Positions 21,066 through 28,325 of a stretch of 28,325 nt of DNA are shown here, piece by piece. The stretch's first letter is position 1. Each line of letters begins with the position of its first letter. Source of the stretch: Octopus sinensis (lineage: Eukaryota); assembly GCF_006345805.1 (NCBI RefSeq), contig NW_021833563.1, positions 1 through 28,325 on the forward strand. Direction: 5' to 3'. The translations under genes were made by a program, and so were the position numbers. The notes under the pieces are model-generated. The model was given only the letters and a program-made list of their open reading frames with translations, was not told the origin of the DNA and ran no database searches.

Positions 21066-21097
21066 ACATCATCATCATCATCATTATCATCATCATC

Positions 21098-21189
<92 letters not shown>

Positions 21190-21215
21190 TACCGTTGTCG
21201 TCGTCGTCGTCGTCG
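21066..21215. repeat. (CAT)n then (CGT)n trinucleotide array
   Basis: Direct inspection; source of the poly-S, poly-D and poly-M ORFs. Confidence 0.95.
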
Positions 21216-22149
21216 TGCTCATCATCAACAACAAGACGCAAGGTGGTCGCTGGATTTGCTAGAAATAGTAGACATATTTAGTATTGTAGACCCAGATCCA
21301 TGTCTGACAAAAAAAACCCCCAAAAAAGACTAGATGGGCATGGTCGTAACGGCTTTGTATGATGATCCGTGGGATTCGTACCAACCTGGGGGCAAAACTG
21401 TAACTACAATTCCATGAGAATAATAATTGAATGCCAAATAACAAAGTTACCGGGAGAGCATCTGACCATGATGGAGGCCTCAACAAGGCCACTCCTCATC
21501 TAGGAAATAGCAACCAAATCTCCCTCAAATCACACTTTACTGCATTAAAAATGTCCACACTGAATGAAAGATGTATTGGAGATAATTTGGATGGGTTTCA
21601 TATCTCTGCTTAATCAGGGACCACCTGGGGTTAAACAGCAATAAGTGAGTCTTGGACGATCTAAGGATGGAACTCTTACGCAGCTACTCTATATGCTGCT
21701 AGAAATAGCAGTCAAGTTTCCCTCGAATTTCAATCTACTTATTTAGAAAAAAAAAAACGAAGAGTCACGACAATTGAAAAACGAAGAATTAAAACTATTG
21801 AAAAGGTTGCAAGACAATGAAAATTTTAGGAAAATAAAAATGAGAAATAAGTGGAAATTTTACCGGTGAATGTGTTACATTATAAGGCACAAAAGGAAAA
21901 TGACCCTCCCCAGACACAGCAGAATATGCTTCAGCACACGAACCCTCATAAAGAATCTTGCAAACCAAATCCCAAAACGAAAAACGAAGAATACATTGGG
22001 TAATGTAGTTCTTGATACTCTGTAGAATGGTCATGGTGAGACCGTTTTTGATGATAGTCCTGCTTGAGCAAGGCTCACCTGGGCTTTGACAATAATAAGA
22101 AAAGCAAGCTATACAGCCAAGCTGCGAGTAGTGTTGTTAGGGTGTAACG

Positions 22150-22780
22150 AGTGGTGGTGGTGGTGGTGGTGATGACGAGGGTGGTGTTGGTGATGACGAG
22201 GGTGGTGGTGGTGGTGGTGGTGACGGTTAGAATAATAAGGTCAGTGAGGCACGACATGAATGAAGCGGGTTTTGTGTTTGCATATGTGTGGTGTATGGTC
22301 TACTGCTGTGGAGGTGTACTTATGTGTGTGCGTGTGTGTGTGTGTGTGTGTGCGTGTGCATACTTGTACAAGTGTATGCATGCCTGTGTATGCGTGTGTA
22401 CATAAGAACATATGCACTCTCTCTCTCTCTATTTCTTACTCTCTCACTCTCTCTGTCTCATTCCCTCGCCCTCTCTCTCTCTCTCTTCCTCTCCCTCTGC
22501 TGCGCAATCATTCCACCACGCCCATTACATTCGAAGGAGCCTCCATGTGGTCGCTCCACTTGCTAAAAATAACCACCAAATTTCATTCGTATCACGTGTT
22601 ACCGACTTTTAAAATAATAGAACAAGTCGATAATGTGGTCCTGGATGCTCACGATTGACCTGTATTCGATCAATAGGTCTGATATACACGCATTGACCAG
22701 GGGTTACACAACAGCAACAACAACAAAACCAAACGCCCCCCTCACCACCACCACCACCAACACTATCACCATCACCACCG

Positions 22781-22820
<40 letters not shown>

Positions 22821-22830
22821 CACTACCGCC
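22150..22830. repeat. (GGT)n, (TG)n, (CT)n, (CAC)n and (CTA)n microsatellites
   Basis: Separate runs at about 22150-22220, 22323-22360, 22415-22500 and 22710-22830. Confidence 0.9.
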
Positions 22831-23195
22831 ACCGCTGTATCATCAGAAAGTTAAGCGATATCTAACAGGCAAAATTCTGATCAAAGGTATTCCAGCAATG
22901 ACCATCACGTCTGTTTTGTCTGTCATGGACTACATTGTGGAATATATCCTGTATTTTGTACGGTATAGGCTGTGAATTAAAGAAATTTTGGCTGTTATTT
23001 CTGGCAGATCGACGAATCGAATAAAAGTTCTCTTGTTGGTTGGTGAATATTATTGTCATTGTTGTTTTGCCCGAGGACGGTACTGATTGAGTAGATTTAT
23101 AATCAAAAGCGTTTTAACCATGCCCATCCTGTAAATTTTTCCATCTAAAAATAATTATTTACATTTGACGGATATTTGTCCTCATCTTCTTTATT

Positions 23196-23242
23196 GTTAA
23201 TACGTTTCGGCTGATATACCTTCCAAGCCTTCATCAGGTGTC
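23196..23242 (-). ncRNA. Minimal hammerhead-ribozyme-like motif, second arm (degenerate)
   Basis: Minus strand gacac CTGATGA aggcttggaaggtatatcagcc GAAAC GTA ttaac; the 3' strand of stem I appears deleted. Confidence 0.4.
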
Positions 23243-23287
23243 TTAGGGAAATTTCGAACCTGGGTTCTCATTCCTTTTCGATGCTGC

Positions 23288-23403
<116 letters not shown>

Positions 23404-23442
23404 CATCGAAAAATACCTTAGGAATTTTTGAAATTTCCCCAA

Positions 23443-23488
23443 GATTCCTGATGAAGGCTGGAGAGTACTTCAGCCGAAACGTTGTGTT
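23443..23488 (+). ncRNA. Minimal type I hammerhead-ribozyme-like motif (probably degenerate)
   Basis: CTGATGA 23448-54; stem II GGCTGGAG/CTTCAGCC with AGTA loop; GAAAC 23476-80; GTT triplet; palindromic AACGTT in place of stem III; stem I only partly paired in this copy. Confidence 0.5.
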
Positions 23489-23712
23489 AACAACAAATAA
23501 GATGATGACAAATATCCGTCGAATGTAAATAATGTAAATAATGTACATAATTCCTCATCTCTTAAATATAGAACTGTATTATCTAGAAATAACTACATGA
23601 TACAACATGCCCATCTTTTTTTAAAGACAGTCAAGTGTAATTTGACAAGATTTTACTGCTGTTTCTAGCAGGTCCAGTGACTATCTAGAAGCTCCTTTTG
23701 TTGTGATTGTTG

Positions 23713-23744
<32 letters not shown>

Positions 23745-24379
23745 GTTTAGTTCCAGATCAGCTCTGTTGCTAAAGAACAAAGATAAAAGAAAGCATAGAA
23801 GAATAAACGCTAAATACAATCCCCAAAGGCAGACTCCATGACGCATGCGTCCTGAGGCTATTACTGTATGTTTCCAAGTCATTGGTTCCCTACTCAAGGC
23901 TCATGAAAATACTGAATTCAGTGAGCTTTCCCAAAGTGAAGACCTAAGTTTCGTTTGAAAGAGCCTCCATATTGTTCACAGCAAATGGTGTCAAATGCCG
24001 TATTGCTAATGATAGGACAGACTGAAGAACAACAACAGCACTCAGAGAGCGCAAACTTCCGCCAAGACAACACCAATGTCCTCTCAACGATTAGCCGGAG
24101 ATGATTTTTAAAATGAGAATATCTGAAATAAACTCGACTGCTCTCACAAGCGAGAATACTAAAAATGAACCCGATTGCTATTAAAAATTATGTTACACAT
24201 TCATATCTATGTGTATACGTGCATCCCCACTCTTGGCACTATTTTGTTAGTGAATAGTACAAACTGTGTGTAAAGTATATAATGTATTACTACGCTGAAT
24301 GTCGAGTCCGTGTAACATGAATAGTAAATAAACACGTAAACAATAACAATGGCTTTCATTTGGTTGTCTATCCCATTAG

Positions 24380-24615
24380 GACCCAAACTACACATAACAA
24401 ATTAGATAAAATAAAAAACAGGAAAAATAGTCCAGACTCCTTGTCCGGTACCGGATCGATCCCAAAATTTAATCAGTTCATGCCAGTTACGAGGTCAAAC
24501 ATCCTTGAAAGTTTCATCCGAATCCATCCAGTGGTTCTTGAGATATCCTGTCCACGGACAAACAAACAAACACGACTGAAAACAATACCTCTGCCTTCGC
24601 CAAGGCAGATGTAAT
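24380..24615 (+). mobile_element. Helentron/HINE (DINE-1-like) non-autonomous element candidate
   Basis: aaagtttcatccgaatccatccagtggttcttgagatatcc, a short (ACAA)n tract, then a perfect hairpin tctgcctt-cgcc-aaggcaga (24590-24609) followed by tgtaat. The 5' boundary is approximate. Confidence 0.55.
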
Positions 24616-25244
24616 AATCAACAGATGTGTCGTTATTACGCAACTGGAGATTAATGTTCTCTCCAGACAGGAGCCGTCCACATTGGTCTCTGCTCTTCGA
24701 TCATTGGTCTCTGCTCTTCACCGCTAGAGAATCTGGTCCCACATCCACTCAGACACTCTCACTTCACTTCTCTTTCCTCCTTTCATCATTCATGTTGTGG
24801 TTAACCCCACTCCCGGACCACACTAACTCCCTACTCCCAGTCATGCCTCTCCAAAATGTCGGCCCTCTGTTTGAGCTGACATCAAAGTCGTTGGTTTTGG
24901 AGGGGCTGTGAAGGCTTCGGGTATTGTCCCTCTCTCCATATCCATAACGCAAATAAAAAAAGCACATATACATGAACATAAATAACTGGACCTCCGTCGA
25001 TTTCGACAATAAGTATTCAGTTGTTTTATCAACGGAATTCATTATCAAAATAAGTGGTTGAGTATTCCTGAGACATATCTGTACTGTAAACGCAATCCTC
25101 ACGCAGAATCGGAATAACACAATGTGGCTCAAGGATAGCTCGATCGACGCGCTTCAGTACAGTTTCCCTCAACCCAGTTTCACTTATCGGACAATCGTTC
25201 AGCCGAAGCGATAGCAAGAGACGCTTAAGAAAACAAAGACTGGG

Positions 25245-25295
25245 ATCGAACCTGTGACGTTGTGATCACGAAATGAACTTCTTAAACATTCAGTC
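25245..25295 (-). mobile_element. Degenerate tRNA-like SINE head
   Basis: Minus strand tgactgaatgtttaag...caggttcgatcccag has A-box and B-box-like spacing. Confidence 0.4.
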
Positions 25296-25609
25296 ATTCT
25301 GTGTCAACATACGCTCAGATCAGGTATTGAGAGACTTATATCAGGGCGTTAGTGGGTGGAGACAAAAACGAGAAGATTGAATGAACTTTCTTTACTCGGC
25401 AATCTGAGTTCAAACTCAACCTGAGTCGATTTTCACTTTTCGTCTTTGGGACGTTAATAAAAGAAAAATGTTGCGAAACCGGAAATTGATTTGCTATCGA
25501 TTTACATTCTTTTTGGCACAAGTTGATCGCTTTGTGTCAGTCCAAGAATCAATATAATACAACTAAATGAATTCTCAACGGAAACACAAATATCCACAAA
25601 CGTGAATGA

Positions 25610-25619
25610 ATGAATGAAT

Positions 25620-25672
<53 letters not shown>

Positions 25673-25935
25673 TGTGTGTGTGTGTGTGTGCGTGTGTGTA
25701 AAATGGATACTAATATACAAATAAAAGTCAATTGTTGAAAAGTAAAGTGGGCGTTTTTGATTACATTGACAACAAGATATATATTAACACTCGCGTACAC
25801 ATTAATGTATATGATTGTTTGATTACACACACACACACACACACATACATACACCTGTATGTATATGTATATCATATATGTGTGTACATATACATATGCT
25901 TGTGTACACACACATACTCACACACCTACGCATAT
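25610..25935. repeat. (TGAA)n, (TG)n and (CA)n microsatellites
   Basis: Direct inspection. Confidence 0.9.
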
Positions 25936-26160
25936 ATATTATTATGAATTTTGTTGATCTCAAAGCGTACAAAAACGAAAGTAAACTCGATGGGAATTGA
26001 ACTCATCATGTATAGACATGAAATTTAAGCCTATCAGGCATTTAGTTTGATGTCCTATTGTTTGTACTGAGATCAATGTTTAACTTAGAGTGGAGTCACA
26101 CATTTTAGTCGCAAGGATTGTAAAATATTGTATAACTAAATGTTGCATCGCGTAGTTTAC

Positions 26161-26900
26161 ATCATTCTATCAATTTCTAACCTATTAATCTCTACCAATC
26201 ATTCTACCAGTTTCTACCAATCACCCAATCGATCTCTACGAACCATTCTACTAGTTTCTACCAATCTCAATGGATCTCTACGAAGCATTCTACAAATTTC
26301 TATCAGTTACTCAATCGATCTCTACCAATCATTCTACCACTTTCTACCCATCACTCTACTAGTGTCTCCCAATCACTCTACCAATCATTCTGCCACTTTC
26401 TACCAATCACTCTATTATCTCTACCAATCATTCTACCAGTTTCTACCAATCACTCTATTATCTCTACCAATCATTCTACCAGTTTCTACCAATCACTCTA
26501 TCGATCTCTACCAATCATTCTACTAGTCTCTCTCAATCACTCTACCAATCATTCTACCAGTTTCTACCAATCACTCTATTATCTCTACCAATCATTCTAC
26601 CAGTTTCTACCAATCACTCTATCGATCTCTACCATTCATTCTACCAGTGTCTACCAATCACTCTATCAATCTCTAGCAATCCTTCTACCAGTTTCTACCA
26701 ACAACTCTATCGATCTCTACCAATCATCCTACCATTTTCTATCAGTCACTCAGTCAATCATTCTACTAGTGTCTACCAATCACTCTACCAATCATTCTAC
26801 CAGTTTCTACCAATCTCTCTATCGATCATTTTATCAGTATCTGCCAATTTTATTAGTCTACCAATTTCGGCCAAATACTCCAACCGTATCTGCCAATCAT
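26161..26900 (+). repeat. TCTACCA-based minisatellite with 43/44-bp higher-order unit
   Basis: tctaccaatcat-tctaccagtt-tctaccaatcac-tctat(tatc/cgatc) starts at 26420, 26463 and 26507; it decays toward both ends. Confidence 0.9.
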
Positions 26901-27700
26901 TCAGCCAATATCTTTCAATCAAATCTACCACTTTCTGTCAATGCCTCAGTCAATTCCTTCCAACCCATCGCCATTTTGTTTCTGATGCTGTATATCGCAG
27001 TCACGTTACTTCTACACAGCAGAGCGAAAAACACGAAATACGATGTCCCCCACGACCACCACCACGCCCAATCTTCAATAAGGGATACATTTGAAATTAA
27101 GACATATTGAAAATATGACAAGGCTACGTAATTGTCTCTCATCTTCTTTTGTGTCTGCTCAGTTAGAATCGAGCTCTCCATGGGAAAACATCCCTCTAGC
27201 GTTCAAGTTTCATAGCACACAAATGAAACACTTGTTCCAGCCTGGAAGATTCCGTGTCGGAACAAATAACAAAACTCCATCATCAATAACGTCATTTCAT
27301 AGGTGGCGCCATAGTTTCTGCGACTATAGACAATTACCAATGCTTTCACGCAGACATGACAGCTTGGGTGTAGTTGCCTTCATAACTAAGCAAATCTGAA
27401 GAATCCACGTGCCCAACGCCACCACACACACACACACACAAGCAGCTGGTGGAAAACATCATGTCCTTTCAATATTTGGGCCATCACCAAGCAGTGGGGT
27501 GGCGGGATCGAACCCTGGATAAAATATGCCATGGTAACACTTGGTCAGCTGAGAAGGTAGGTACAGGAAGAAGATGGTGTGTGACAAACAGCCCAGTTCA
27601 GAATGTATAAAGTTGTTATATTTAGTTTCCTGCACATCTCTAAGACCAAAACAAGTTATTAGTGACATCTCGATAATCTGGAGACACCATCGGATAAGTC

Positions 27701-28085
27701 TGGAAGCACTCCGTCGGTTACGACGACGAGGGTTCCGGTTGATCCGAATCAACGGAACAGCCTGCTCCTGAAATTAACGTGTAAGTGGCTGAGCATTCCA
27801 CAGACACGTGTACCCTTAACGTAGTTCTCGGGGATATTCAGCGTGACACAGAGAGTGACAAGGCCGGCCCTTTGAAATACAGTTACAACAGAAACAGGAA
27901 GTAAGAGTGAGAGAAAGTTGTGGTGAAAGAGTACAGCAGGGATCACTACCATCCCCTGCCGGAGCCTCGTGGAGCTTTAGGTGTTTTCGCTCAATAAACA
28001 CTCACAATGCCCGGTCTGGGAATCGAAACCGCGATCCTATGACCGCGAGTCCGCTGCTCTAACCACTGGGCCATTGCGCCTCCAC
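27701..28085 (-). mobile_element. SINE family B, full length, no A-tail, 8-bp TSD
   Basis: Reverse complement differs from 11015-11400 by 13 substitutions and 1 indel (manual count); gataagtc at 27693-27700 and 28088-95. Confidence 0.95.
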
Positions 28086-28325
28086 TAGATAAGTCTAAGG
28101 AACCCTACACAGTAGATAAGGAGCGGAAAAAGAGTGATTAGAGTTAGCGTGCTAGGGGCAAGCCAACATCTCTGCCATTGGTGCTATGATTCCACGAAAT
28201 TAACTTCGGTAGGCTGGTCATGATGTGCGAATTGGGCCATCGGTTATTTAAATGATCGCTTTAGTCACCATTCGGAGACCCCCTTCGGTCACGACACAGA
28301 CCATGGGGTTGCACCTAGAAAGTTA

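Noticed and set aside
20763-21281. 172-aa poly-Ser ORF and antisense poly-Asp and poly-Met ORFs
   Set aside because: Produced by the (CAT)n array; flanks are SINE D-like relics.
26140-26526. 128-aa ORF over the TCTACCA array
   Set aside because: Translation of the minisatellite.
28270-28325. Possible end of another dispersed repeat at the window edge
   Set aside because: No second copy in the window and it is cut by the boundary, so it cannot be supported here.

Overview
Eukaryotic, extremely repeat-dense and apparently non-genic (intergenic or deep-intronic) DNA. It is most likely from an octopus or another coleoid cephalopod; this is an inference from the SINE types and the density of (TA)n, (CA)n, (CAT)n and (GATA)n arrays, not a database result. 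I found no host protein-coding exon, rRNA, true tRNA or CRISPR array, and most ORFs in the supplied track are translations of microsatellites. Real content: (1) a minus-strand L1/Tx1-like LINE (about 6161-9450) with a zinc-knuckle ORF1 broken by in-frame stops and an open APE-endonuclease ORF2 that is cut off just before the RT domain and runs into a tetranucleotide array; (2) at least four tRNA-derived SINE families (working labels A-D), several with clear target-site duplications (TSDs), including two dimers with the same junction; (3) Tc1/mariner relics, including a TA-flanked mariner made of two 5' ends in inverted orientation (12295-13581); (4) a 477-bp TSD-flanked inverted-repeat unit whose arms each carry a minimal hammerhead-ribozyme-like core, resembling Penelope-like pseudo-LTRs (23129-23605); (5) Helentron/HINE-like relics, a 43/44-bp higher-order satellite and many microsatellites. 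The hammerhead-bearing inverted unit and the fold-back mariner are the best leads. Both have precedents in other taxa, so I do not claim an undescribed system.
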